From the NCBI GenBank assembly GCA_031373525.1, contig JANMMS010000092.1:4542-68541 (forward strand): DNA of 64,000 bases. Reading direction: 5' to 3'. The notes below the pieces were generated by a model. It did no database searches, was not told the origin of the DNA, and saw nothing but the letters and a program-made list of their open reading frames with translations. Shown here piece by piece: positions 1 to 9,556 of the stretch; position 1 is the stretch's first letter, and the number at the start of each line of letters is the position of its first letter. The position numbers were made by a program, and so were the translations under genes. Origin of the DNA: Ferruginibacter sp. Its GTDB lineage: Bacteria > Bacteroidota > Bacteroidia > Chitinophagales > Chitinophagaceae.

Positions 1-1
1 A

Positions 2-1471
2 GAACTAACAACAAGAGCGGCAGATTATTCGCAATGGTATAACGACCTGGTACTAAAAGGCGGTTTGGCAGATTATTCTGCAGTACGTGGTTGCATGGTC
101 ATAAAACCTTATGGCTATGCTTTGTGGGAAAACATGCGGGATCAATTGGATAAAATGTTTAAGGAAACAGGACATGAGAATGCTTATTTTCCATTGTTTG
201 TACCCAAAAGTCTTTTTGAAGCAGAAGAGAAGAATGCAGAAGGTTTTGCAAAAGAATGTGCCATCGTAACTCATTACCGGTTAAAGAACGATCCTGATAA
301 TAAGGGTAAACTAATGGTTGATCCGGATGCAAAACTGGAAGAGGAACTCATTATACGTCCTACCAGTGAAGCCATCATTTGGAATACTTATAAAGGCTGG
401 ATACAGTCTTACCGGGATCTTCCATTACTGATAAATCAATGGGCCAATGTGGTAAGATGGGAAATGCGCACAAGATTATTTTTGCGTACTGCAGAATTTT
501 TATGGCAGGAAGGACATACGGCTCATGCAACAAAACAGGAAGCCATAGAAGAAACAGAACGAATGCTGGATGTTTATGCAACTTTCGCAGAGGAATACAT
601 GGCGGTACCGGTTATACGAGGAGTGAAAACTGCCAACGAGCGTTTCGCAGGTGCAGAAGATACTTATTGTATTGAAGCATTGATGCAGGATGGTAAGGCA
701 TTGCAGGCTGGAACTTCCCATTTCCTGGGGCAGAATTTTGCAAAAGCATTTGATGTGCAGTTCTCTAATAAAGAAAATAAACTGGAATATGTTTGGGCAA
801 CAAGCTGGGGTGTTTCAACCAGGCTTATAGGCGCTTTGATCATGGCACACAGCGATGACCAGGGTTTGATCATGCCTCCTAAAATTGCACCGGTACAGGT
901 GGTTATAGTACCTATTTACAAAGGAGAAGAAAGCAAGGCTGTTGTTGATGAAAAGGTAAATGGAATCATAAAGGAATTAAAGGCATTGGGTATTCGTGTA
1001 AAATACGATAACAGCGATCATGCCAGGCCGGGATGGAAATTTGCTGAGTATGAATTGAAAGGTGTTCCTGTAAGAATCGCAATGGGATTACGTGATATTG
1101 AGAATAATGTTGCAGAAGTAGCCAGAAGAGATACCAAAGAAAAGCAATCGATGTCATTGGATGGATTACCTGGTGCTGTAAAAATTTTACTGGATGAGAT
1201 ACAGGTGAATATTTTTAACAAAGCCCTTGCTTTCAGAAATGAAAATATCAGGGAAGCAAATAGTTGGGATGAGTTTGTACAATTACTGGATGAAAAAGCG
1301 GGGTTTATTTCAGCACATTGGGATGGATCCGGAGAAACTGAAGAAAAAATAAAAGAACAAACAAAAGCAACTATCCGTTGCATTCCGCTTAATAATAAAC
1401 AGGAAGCGGGAAAATGTATATTAAGCGGTAAGCCAAGTAAAGAACGGGTGTTATTTGCAAGAGCTTATTAA
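2..1471 (+). CDS. proS: Proline--tRNA ligase (archaeal/eukaryote-like class II type), 5' end outside the window
   Basis: The frame is open from base 2 ([39 protein letters not shown]...). This is the typical ProRS N-terminus and class II core, with C-terminal ...[18 protein letters not shown]. The track start at 65 is an internal TTG. Confidence 0.9.
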   Translation, partial: ELTTRAADYSQWYNDLVLKGGLADYSAVRGCMVIKPYGYALWENMRDQLDKMFKETGHENAYFPLFVPKSLFEAEEKNAEGFAKECAIVTHYRLKNDPDNKGKLMVDPDAKLEEELIIRPTSEAIIWNTYKGWIQSYRDLPLLINQWANVVRWEMRTRLFLRTAEFLWQEGHTAHATKQEAIEETERMLDVYATFAEEYMAVPVIRGVKTANERFAGAEDTYCIEALMQDGKALQAGTSHFLGQNFAKAFDVQFSNKENKLEYVWATSWGVSTRLIGALIMAHSDDQGLIMPPKIAPVQVVIVPIYKGEESKAVVDEKVNGIIKELKALGIRVKYDNSDHARPGWKFAEYELKGVPVRIAMGLRDIENNVAEVARRDTKEKQSMSLDGLPGAVKILLDEIQVNIFNKALAFRNENIREANSWDEFVQLLDEKAGFISAHWDGSGETEEKIKEQTKATIRCIPLNNKQEAGKCILSGKPSKERVLFARAY

Positions 1472-1535
1472 CAGCTAACAGCTAACAGCTATTAGCCATA
1501 AAATAAAAGGATTATAAAACAAATAAGCATTTTTT

Positions 1536-2000
1536 ATGGAATCCAATCAAAACCTGCTGACCACCGACATTATAGTAGATTCAACCGCAGCAGCTCATTT
1601 AAGAGAAACGGCCATGTGGGCAAAATTACTGGCAGTTGTCGGGATCGTTTTGAGTGTGCTAATAGCACTATTAGGACTTTTTGCTGGTACCATGCTGGCA
1701 ACAATGACCAGGAAATTTGGTGGTGATTCATCGGCCTCTTTAGGTGCATTAGGATCGGGAATGATATCAATTTTTTATCTTTTCATAGCTGCTGTATATT
1801 TTTTTCTTTCATTATTCCTGTTCAGGTTTGCAGTAAAAATGAAACAGGCATTACTTACAAGTGATCAGGAATTTTTTAATGGTTCTCTCTTGAATCTGAA
1901 ATTAGTTTACCGGATTATGGGAATCATCATGATCATATATCTTTCATTTTTTGCTTTGGCCTTATTGGCTGTGGTAGGAGCAGCGTTGTTTATGAAGTAA
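1536..2000 (+). CDS. Small multi-pass membrane protein of unknown function
   Basis: 154-aa ORF with about 4 hydrophobic helices (LLAVVGIVLSVLIALLGLF, ISIFYLFIAAVYFFLSLFLF, IIMIIYLSFFALALLAVVGAALF). No family recognised with certainty. Confidence 0.5.
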   Translation: MESNQNLLTTDIIVDSTAAAHLRETAMWAKLLAVVGIVLSVLIALLGLFAGTMLATMTRKFGGDSSASLGALGSGMISIFYLFIAAVYFFLSLFLFRFAVKMKQALLTSDQEFFNGSLLNLKLVYRIMGIIMIIYLSFFALALLAVVGAALFMK

Positions 2001-2060
2001 AAATTTGAAGATTTGAAAATGTGCTAATTTGAAAATAGGGCCTGTAATACTTTAATATTC

Positions 2061-2164
2061 TCTCAAATCTTCAAATCTTCAAATTTTCAAATCCTCAAAT
2101 CCTCAAATCCTCAAATCCTCAAATCTTCAAATCTTCAAATCCTCAAATCCTCAAATCTTCAAAT
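2061..2164. repeat. Tandem array of 13 x 8-bp units cYtcaaat
   Basis: Counted directly: tctcaaat, cttcaaat x2, tttcaaat, cctcaaat x4, cttcaaat x2, cctcaaat x2, cttcaaat. The array ends at the stop codon of the minus-strand RDD gene. It is complementary to aatttgaagatttgaaaat at 2002-2020. Confidence 0.95.
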
Positions 2165-2949
2165 TATTCTTTCGTCGCCAAATAATTATAATCTTCCAGT
2201 AGTTTTTCCAAAAAATCAGGTGGATAGAGATCTGATTTAATTCCAAGTACTTCTTTAACCTTAGCTTCTACCCGGTAACTCATATCCAGGTTATTCCTTT
2301 TTTTTGTTTGTGTTAAAACCGTCTTTATAGTATTGATATCACTATCGCTTAGCCGCATTACTTCGGGGAATAATACTTTATAATTTTGTTCACTGATATT
2401 CATAAAAACAGTATCTGAAATACTCATGGCAGATTTCGTATCTACAACAACAGTGCCTGCAGCCAGGTCCCCCAGGCGTTGGCTTTTAGGGGTTATTGTA
2501 ATGATAATTACAACCGCAATCCCCATCAGGCCGGTAAAAATAATATACGCATACAATGCCTCCAAAGAAAAAAATACATAACCAAAGAAAAAAGGCCATT
2601 CAAAAAATTTGGTTATCCATCTAAGAATGAATTGCCCAAAAGTCGGTTCGCCGCCATCTAGGCTGATGACACGTATTGACATGAGTTTTTTTCCAATGGT
2701 CTGACCGTTCATCCACAATTCTGAGGTTAAAGAATACAATAACATTGGGAGGCTGATGATCAGAATATCGAGGCCTATATTGTCTTTCATATTGATTGAA
2801 AAACCTGCATATAGTACCCATTTCATGCTAAACAAAAAAAGGATCAGTATAAAAAAATCTATCAGGTATGCAAGGAGCCTTTTGTGAAAAACTGCGATCT
2901 CAAACTCGAGATCTATATTAAAAGCTGTGGATATTTGAATGATTGACAT
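2164..2949 (-). CDS. RDD-family integral membrane protein
   Basis: 261 aa with the N-terminal RDD-like motif (HKRLLAYLIDFFILILFLF) and several TM helices. It is divergent from the SpoIIM-like/MoxR operon, a recurrent arrangement. Confidence 0.7.
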   Translation of the reverse strand: MSIIQISTAFNIDLEFEIAVFHKRLLAYLIDFFILILFLFSMKWVLYAGFSINMKDNIGLDILIISLPMLLYSLTSELWMNGQTIGKKLMSIRVISLDGGEPTFGQFILRWITKFFEWPFFFGYVFFSLEALYAYIIFTGLMGIAVVIIITITPKSQRLGDLAAGTVVVDTKSAMSISDTVFMNISEQNYKVLFPEVMRLSDSDINTIKTVLTQTKKRNNLDMSYRVEAKVKEVLGIKSDLYPPDFLEKLLEDYNYLATKE

Positions 2950-3156
2950 GGCATATGCAATTTACACAAGGAAACTACTTCATAAACGATATTTTTTTAT
3001 TTATCAAAAATGCAGCAAATTGTGTATAAGGGTTGAGGTTGAGGTTGAGAAAAATTAGCAAATTAAGTTAACCAATAAACCAATCAACCAGTAAACAAAT
3101 AAACGAAAATACACACCATCAATTACAATTAAAATGGTACAGCCTTGAGAGAAGCC

Positions 3157-4167
3157 ATGTTCATAAAGAAGAATGCTGAAAAATGGAAGGCTTACCAGCA
3201 CCGGCAAACAGAAAACCCGGATGAAACGGCCGAACGTTTCATTACACTAATAGATGATCTTTCTTATTCCAAAACATTTTATCCGAAAAGTAAAGTTACC
3301 CGTTGGATCAATGGTATTACAGCCGCTATTTATCAAAGTATTTACCAGCATAAAAAAGAAAAATACAGCCGCATATTTCAATTCTGGAAATACGAACTCC
3401 CGTTGCTTTTTAAAAAATACCAGCTTATTTTTTTACTCACGGTTTTTATATTTGTTTCTTTCGTGGTCATAGGTTTTTTCTCATCATCGCATAACCCGGA
3501 TTTTGTGCGGGGCATATTGGGCGATGATTATGTAAATATGACCGAAGAAAATATTGCCAAAGGAGATCCTTTTGCTGTGTACAAAGACGAAAACCCTTTC
3601 AGCATGTTTGTAAGGATCGCTTTCAATAATATTAAAGTATCTTTTTTGACATTCATAGGCGGATTCACACTGGGTATTTTCACTTTTATTTTGTTATGGA
3701 GCAATGGCATCATGCTGGGAAGTTTTCAATACTTATTTTTTGCAAACGGGCTTGGGTATAAATCCATCCTGGTGATCTGGATCCACGGAACCATTGAGAT
3801 CTCATCCATCGTTATTGCAGGAACCGCTGGTTTTATACTGGCTCATGGTATTTTATTTCCCGGAACATACAAAAGGCTTGATTCTTTTAAAAGAGCTGCA
3901 AAAGATGCAGCTAAAGTTTTGATCTGCCTCATACCATTTTTCATTATTGCAGCATTCCTCGAAAGTTATATCACACACCTGATGAGCCAGACCTTTGATA
4001 AAAATTTCAATACCGGGCTGCCTGTTTGGCTTAGTATTTTAATCCTGGCTCTTTCAGTTTTTCTGATTGTGTGGTATTTTATTATCTGGCCGGTTGTTCT
4101 GCACCGCAGGGGTTTCTTTTTAAAGCATGATGGCATTGTAAGCCGCTTAAACAGTGAAAATGACTAA
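3157..4167 (+). CDS. Stage II sporulation protein M-like (DUF95) membrane protein
   Basis: Multi-pass membrane protein (IWIHGTIEISSIVIAGTAGFILA is typical of the SpoIIM/DUF95 family). ATG at 3157 is preferred over the TTG at 3145. Confidence 0.6.
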   Translation: MFIKKNAEKWKAYQHRQTENPDETAERFITLIDDLSYSKTFYPKSKVTRWINGITAAIYQSIYQHKKEKYSRIFQFWKYELPLLFKKYQLIFLLTVFIFVSFVVIGFFSSSHNPDFVRGILGDDYVNMTEENIAKGDPFAVYKDENPFSMFVRIAFNNIKVSFLTFIGGFTLGIFTFILLWSNGIMLGSFQYLFFANGLGYKSILVIWIHGTIEISSIVIAGTAGFILAHGILFPGTYKRLDSFKRAAKDAAKVLICLIPFFIIAAFLESYITHLMSQTFDKNFNTGLPVWLSILILALSVFLIVWYFIIWPVVLHRRGFFLKHDGIVSRLNSEND

Positions 4168-4975
4168 AATAGTTTCTTTATTTTTATTGATTTTTTGCAG
4201 TTTATTTAACTCCATTGCTCAGGATAATCGTTTTGAATATAAAGACTCTTCCCTGTTGAATGAAACAAGGCAATCAAAAGCACAACAGGATACTGGTACT
4301 GCAACTAATTTCGTTGAAGAAGAAAAAGATATTCTTTCAGATACCACCTTATATATCACCCAAATTGATATCTCCCGGGATTCTGTTAAAGCATGGAAGA
4401 ACAACAAAAGGTTTTCTTATATGAAAGACATCGATAGCCTCCTTAAAGTTAAAAAAAAGGAGGAATTGGATGCAAGTATTGAAAAATCAAATGATTGGCT
4501 GGGAATATTTATTCAGAAAATATTTTCATCTGGACTATTGCAATTTATTTTCTGGACAATTGCCATTGTATTCATTGTTTTCATTTTGTTTAAACTATTT
4601 CTCAGCAACGGTATATTTAAAAGAAATACAGTTTCAGTACCTTTAATTGAATCGCATGAAGAAATGATCATGGCAACTGTTTCAGATTATGAAAAACTGA
4701 TACAGCAATCGATTCATCTGGCTGATTACAGGTCTGCTGTACGGTTCCTTTTTTTACGAACACTTGTTCAACTTGCAGATGGCGATCTTATAAAACAGTC
4801 TGCTAATAAAACCAATTACCAGTATGCTCAGGAAATAAGGACAGATAAACGGAATGATTTCTCAGAACTTGTATTGAATTATGAATACGTCTGGTATGGT
4901 AATATTGCCTTGACCAGGGAATTATTTACGGGCATTGAAAAAAAATTCATTGCTTTTTACAATAAAATACAATAA
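4160..4975 (+). CDS. DUF4129-like membrane-anchored protein
   Basis: Signal/TM segment, a central TM helix (FIFWTIAIVFIVFILFKLF), then a C-terminal helical domain (...ADYRSAVRFLFLRTLVQL...NKTNYQY...) typical of DUF4129. The start overlaps the upstream stop codon. Confidence 0.55.
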   Translation: MTKIVSLFLLIFCSLFNSIAQDNRFEYKDSSLLNETRQSKAQQDTGTATNFVEEEKDILSDTTLYITQIDISRDSVKAWKNNKRFSYMKDIDSLLKVKKKEELDASIEKSNDWLGIFIQKIFSSGLLQFIFWTIAIVFIVFILFKLFLSNGIFKRNTVSVPLIESHEEMIMATVSDYEKLIQQSIHLADYRSAVRFLFLRTLVQLADGDLIKQSANKTNYQYAQEIRTDKRNDFSELVLNYEYVWYGNIALTRELFTGIEKKFIAFYNKIQ

Positions 4976-4979
4976 CTCC

Positions 4980-6185
4980 TTGCCTAAAAAATTTCCATAT
5001 ATCATTTTTATCTGCTGTAGCTTAACATGGATTGGTTGCGGGTTAAAGCCACGCCTGCCATCACTTAGGGAAACTTATTCATATAAGGATACAAAACCTT
5101 TTGGAACATACACAGCCAGAAATATGCTTGATATGTGTTTTCCCGGTAATTATGTTCAGACTGTAAACGAGCCATTTGTTAAAACTGCTGCAGTTTTTGA
5201 TGATACTTCTTCCGTTTATTTTTGTATCAGCCGCAATTTATTCTTACAAAAGAAAGATGTTGATGCAATATTAAATTTTGTGTACAATGGTAATTCTGCA
5301 TTCTTTTCAACTTCAAATTTTGATTCCTTACTTTTAAACAGGATATTTTGTGCTGTGGATTCTGCTTCTTTATTCACAGGATATAAACCAGGTGATTATG
5401 AACAGACATCCGTTCGTTTGATGAAGGATATTAATTTGGACAAAGATTCATCCGGATATTTTTACAGGCCATTCCGTAGTTATTTTTCAGTGATGAATGA
5501 CCGGTATAGCAGGGTTATCGGTTACAATGCATTGGCTGAGCCGAACTGTATCGTTTTTTTCTGGGGGAAAGGAAAATTATTCCTCCATACAGACCCACGT
5601 GCTTTCAGTAATTATTTTCTGCTCTCACAGGATAATTATATGTATATGCAGGGATTAATGAGTGTCATGGGAAATGATCCCCAACATGTTTTTTGGGATG
5701 ATTATTACAATAAAATAAATAACCGAAAAACACCGGGAACCAGTTCAAGTTTAAGCGAAATATTCAAATACCCTCCTTTGCAAACCGCTTTTTGGTTATT
5801 ATTATCGATGTTGCTGTTGTATATTTTATTTGGTGGAAAAAGACGGCAACGCATTATCCGTGAAATTAAACCAAACGAAAACAGTTCTGTGGCTTTTACG
5901 GAAACGATCGCCAGGCTTTATCTTCAGAAGCACGATAATAAGAACATCGCTGATAAAATGATCACTTATTTTTATGAATTCATCCGGAATAATTATTTTT
6001 TGAATGCCAATGGAGGTAATAAGGATTTCATTACATCTCTAAGCAAAAAATCAGGCGTGTCAGAAGATAAGACGATTGTACTGTTTAATGCGATCAGTCA
6101 TGCAAATCAAAACAGTACGATAGATGATTATCAACTGTTATCTTTAAATGGTCAAATTCAGCAATTTTATAAAAAAAGAAAATAA
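4980..6185 (+). CDS. DUF4350-like lipoprotein with a C-terminal TM anchor
   Basis: The TTG at 4980 gives (M)PKKFPYIIFICCSLTWIGCG, a lipoprotein-type signal with a Cys lipobox, 5 nt after the upstream stop. The stop overlaps the MoxR ATG (TAATG). The track start at 4935 would overlap the upstream gene. Confidence 0.55.
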   Translation: MPKKFPYIIFICCSLTWIGCGLKPRLPSLRETYSYKDTKPFGTYTARNMLDMCFPGNYVQTVNEPFVKTAAVFDDTSSVYFCISRNLFLQKKDVDAILNFVYNGNSAFFSTSNFDSLLLNRIFCAVDSASLFTGYKPGDYEQTSVRLMKDINLDKDSSGYFYRPFRSYFSVMNDRYSRVIGYNALAEPNCIVFFWGKGKLFLHTDPRAFSNYFLLSQDNYMYMQGLMSVMGNDPQHVFWDDYYNKINNRKTPGTSSSLSEIFKYPPLQTAFWLLLSMLLLYILFGGKRRQRIIREIKPNENSSVAFTETIARLYLQKHDNKNIADKMITYFYEFIRNNYFLNANGGNKDFITSLSKKSGVSEDKTIVLFNAISHANQNSTIDDYQLLSLNGQIQQFYKKRK

Positions 6186-7162
6186 TGGAAGATAATATTT
6201 TTGAGCAACGCACGAATGTTTCAGAACTGAATCAGGCAATCGATATAATTCGGGCAGAGGTTCGCAAAGTTATTGTTGGCCAGCAACAACTCATCGATCT
6301 TTTGCTGATCGGTATCTTATGCGACGGGCATATTTTAATTGAAGGTGTTCCGGGTGTTGCAAAAACCCTGGCTGCAAAGTTGATGGCAAAGATCATCGAT
6401 ATTAAATTTTCCCGCATACAATTTACGCCAGACCTTATGCCTAGTGATGTTATAGGCACGGCGATATTTGATCCCAAAGATGTTGCTTTTGTTTTCAAAC
6501 CCGGCCCCGTCTTCAGTAATATTGTTTTGATAGATGAGATAAACCGTGCCCCTGCAAAAACACAGGCGGCTCTTTTTGAAGTAATGGAAGAAAGACAGAT
6601 CACCGTCGACGGCTACACGCATATAATGGAGTATCCTTTTATTGTATTGGCCACACAGAATCCTGTAGAGCAGGAGGGAACATACCGGTTGCCGGAGGCC
6701 CAACTGGACCGGTTTCTGTTTAAAATACAAGTTGATTACCCAAGCCTGGAAGAAGAGATCATTATATTACAAAATCAACAGGGGAAAACTCAAAATGAGG
6801 TTCTGCAGGAAGTAAAGCAGGTATTATCTCCGGATGCCATCAGGTATTTCCGGAATATAGTTCAACAGGTTTTAATTGAGCCTAAGTTGATTGGCTATAT
6901 TGCCGGAATTGTAAATGAGACCAGAAATAATCCATCTTTATTCTTAGGGGCATCAACAAGGGCCTCACTGGCATTATTAAAATCGGCCAAAGCATCAGCA
7001 GCATTAAAGGGACGTGATTTTGTAATTCCGGAAGACATAAAAGAAATGGCTCCACATGTCTTACGTCACCGCATCATGTTAACACCCGAAAAAGAAATGG
7101 AGGGAATACTTCCGGATGATTTGATCAGCAATATTTTGAATGCAGTTGAAGTACCAAGATAG
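6185..7162 (+). CDS. MoxR-family AAA+ ATPase
   Basis: Walker A GVPGVAKT, Walker B VLIDEINRA, and PEAQLDRF, characteristic of MoxR. 325 aa. Confidence 0.9.
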   Translation: MEDNIFEQRTNVSELNQAIDIIRAEVRKVIVGQQQLIDLLLIGILCDGHILIEGVPGVAKTLAAKLMAKIIDIKFSRIQFTPDLMPSDVIGTAIFDPKDVAFVFKPGPVFSNIVLIDEINRAPAKTQAALFEVMEERQITVDGYTHIMEYPFIVLATQNPVEQEGTYRLPEAQLDRFLFKIQVDYPSLEEEIIILQNQQGKTQNEVLQEVKQVLSPDAIRYFRNIVQQVLIEPKLIGYIAGIVNETRNNPSLFLGASTRASLALLKSAKASAALKGRDFVIPEDIKEMAPHVLRHRIMLTPEKEMEGILPDDLISNILNAVEVPR

Positions 7163-7234
7163 TTCATGGTTCAAAATTGAAACCTCAAACATCGATTGGT
7201 AAAATATTTTCACCCGGAGGCCCAAATTAATTAA

Positions 7235-8578
7235 ATGAATAGTTTAAAAAAATACATCGGCGATCTGTTCATTTCTAACAGGTTTTATCTTTATTGGGGA
7301 TCATGTGTTTTGATGTTTATAATTTCTTTTTTTATTCCGGTACTTTATCCGCTTGTAAGGATGCTCTTTCTTTTATTCGTTATAATAGTATCAGTCGATT
7401 ATTTTTACCTTTTTTTTATAGCTAAAGCACCAAATGTTACCAGGATCATCAGCGACCGGTTAAGCAATGGAGATGAAAATAGGGTTGTATTGGAAGTGAT
7501 AAACAGGATGAATTACCCATTGGATATCGAGATCATTGATGAATTACCGGAACAGTTTCAGATGCGTAATTTTAGTTTGAAAAAACATATACTTGCAAGG
7601 CAGGTTCTAAGAATGAACTATATTATTACACCCGTGGAAAGAGGACAATATCAATTTGGTGATATACATATATTTGCCCGTTCCTTGCTGGGACTGTTAA
7701 TACACAGGTTTACGTTACCTGCACAAAAGGAGGTGACCGTATTTCCATCCTATATGCAATTAAAAAAATACCAGGTCAATTCACGAACAGCCCAGATCAC
7801 TGAACATGGCAGCAGGCGAATGAGAAAGATCGGCCATAGTATGGAGTTTGAACAAATAAAGGATTATGTAACCGGTGATGATGTACGCAGTTTAAACTGG
7901 AAGGCCACTGCACGTAAGGGCACTTTGATGATGAATAATTACATTGATGAAAGATCTCAGCAGGTCTACTGTATTATAGACAAAGGCAGGTTGATGAAAA
8001 TGCCTTTTAACAGAATGACCCTGCTCGATCATGCCATAAACAGTACACTTGTTTTGAGTAATGTTTGCCTGAAAAAGCAGGACAAAATAGGCCTGGTGAC
8101 TTTTGGTGATAAGTTGGGATCGGTTATTGCTGCAGACCGTAAACCGATTCAGCGTGAAAAGATACTGGATGCATTATATAAACAACAAACAGGTTTTTTG
8201 GAAAGTGATTTTGAAATGCTTTATTTACAGGTAAGGAATAAGATAAAACAACGCAGCCTTATCATATTGTACACTAATTTCGAATCGCTCAATGGTTTAA
8301 GAAGGCAACTAAGTTATTTGCGTTCAATTTCAAGGCATCATTTATTATTGGTAGTGATCTTTGAGAATACAGAACTTAATCAATTGTCACATTCTGATGC
8401 ATTGAACCTCGAAGATGTTTATATTAAGACCATTGCAGACAAATTCATTTTTGAAAAAAAACTAATTGTAAAGGAATTACAGAAATACGGGATACTTTGT
8501 ATTTTGACTGCACCGGAAAACCTTACAATAAATACGGTGAATAAGTATCTTGAATTGAAAACCCGGCAGGCGATTTAA
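7235..8578 (+). CDS. DUF58 domain protein (vWA-like partner of MoxR)
   Basis: N-terminal TM helices followed by ...FEQIKDYVTGDDVRSLNWKATAR..., the signature DUF58 motif. Sits immediately downstream of MoxR. Confidence 0.85.
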   Translation: MNSLKKYIGDLFISNRFYLYWGSCVLMFIISFFIPVLYPLVRMLFLLFVIIVSVDYFYLFFIAKAPNVTRIISDRLSNGDENRVVLEVINRMNYPLDIEIIDELPEQFQMRNFSLKKHILARQVLRMNYIITPVERGQYQFGDIHIFARSLLGLLIHRFTLPAQKEVTVFPSYMQLKKYQVNSRTAQITEHGSRRMRKIGHSMEFEQIKDYVTGDDVRSLNWKATARKGTLMMNNYIDERSQQVYCIIDKGRLMKMPFNRMTLLDHAINSTLVLSNVCLKKQDKIGLVTFGDKLGSVIAADRKPIQREKILDALYKQQTGFLESDFEMLYLQVRNKIKQRSLIILYTNFESLNGLRRQLSYLRSISRHHLLLVVIFENTELNQLSHSDALNLEDVYIKTIADKFIFEKKLIVKELQKYGILCILTAPENLTINTVNKYLELKTRQAI

Positions 8579-8775
8579 CTAAAATGACAGTATCATTGAA
8601 AATTGTACATCTAATATTATGTGTTGAATACTTCTGTCCAATCTCAAAAGTAAATATTCATTTGAAATTCTAAATATTTAAAACTTATTTTTAAAAAATT
8701 ACTTTGGCACATAAAGATTCTTATTACAGAAAACATAAAGAAAAGATCAAGGAAGGTTCCGGTGGTGAACCTCGT

Positions 8776-9477
8776 ATGCCATCCATACAGGTAAACGATG
8801 AGGTTAAAGCTGTGTTTGAGTCCGGGAAAGTATTGCTGATAGATAAACCAATTCACTGGACATCATTTGATGCTGTAAGAAAGATCAGGAACAGCATTCG
8901 GATAAAAAAAGTTGGCCATGCCGGCACATTGGATCCGCTTGCAACCGGTTTGCTGATCATTTGTACTGGTAAGTTTACCAAAAAAATTAATGAATATATG
9001 GCACAGGAAAAAGAATATACCGGTTCTTTTACGCTGGGCGCTGTTACTGCAACATATGATAAGGAAAGTGAACCTGAACAGCAAAAAGATATTTCGGGGA
9101 TAACTGTAGAAATTATTCAATTGGCTACACTCAATTTCATTGGTGAGATTCAACAGGTGCCACCGATATATTCGGCCATTAAAAAAGAAGGTACAGCAAT
9201 GTATGTACTTGCAAGAAGGGGAGAAGCGGTAGTGCCTGAACCAAGAAAGGTCAATATCATTTCATTTGAAATAACAGGCATAGAATTGCCATTGGTATAT
9301 TTTAAAATTATTTGTTCAACAGGAACGTATATACGTAGTATTGCAAATGATTTTGGAGCGGCACTTGGTTGTGGTGCCTATCTTTCTGAATTAAGAAGAA
9401 CCAGGATCGGGGAATTTAATGTAAGTGATGCAATGACGATGGAGGAATTTGTAGGAAGTCTCATTCATAGTTCATAG
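8776..9477 (+). CDS. truB: tRNA pseudouridine(55) synthase
   Basis: LLIDKPIHWTSFDAVRKIR...GHAGTLDPLATGLLIICTG contains the catalytic Asp motif. ATG at 8776 is preferred over the upstream TTG at 8704. Confidence 0.9.
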   Translation: MPSIQVNDEVKAVFESGKVLLIDKPIHWTSFDAVRKIRNSIRIKKVGHAGTLDPLATGLLIICTGKFTKKINEYMAQEKEYTGSFTLGAVTATYDKESEPEQQKDISGITVEIIQLATLNFIGEIQQVPPIYSAIKKEGTAMYVLARRGEAVVPEPRKVNIISFEITGIELPLVYFKIICSTGTYIRSIANDFGAALGCGAYLSELRRTRIGEFNVSDAMTMEEFVGSLIHSS

Positions 9478-9556
9478 TTTGAAGTTCGAAGTTTGAGGTT
9501 CGAGGTTGTTTGCAAAGTTCAATCTCAGCACGAAATCTCAAACTTCAAACCTCAAA
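9478..9556. terminator. Imperfect inverted arrays of gtttgaRg units forming a hairpin between convergent genes
   Basis: The left arm tttgaagttcgaagtttgaggttcgaggtt (9478-9508) is nearly complementary to the right arm ctcaaacttcaaacctcaaa (9537-9556). It exactly fills the gap between the truB stop and the Omp85 stop. Confidence 0.6.

Noticed and set aside
2061-2164. Possible CRISPR or coding repeat.
   Set aside because: The 8-bp period without spacers rules out CRISPR. The array is outside both flanking ORFs.
6232-6730. Antisense ORFs of 123 and 131 aa inside the MoxR gene.
   Set aside because: The sense frame carries unambiguous Walker A/B motifs, and the antisense frames show no recognisable features.
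8644-8856. 70-aa minus-strand ORF upstream of and overlapping truB.
   Set aside because: It is AT-rich and low-complexity, overlaps the truB start region and has no motif.
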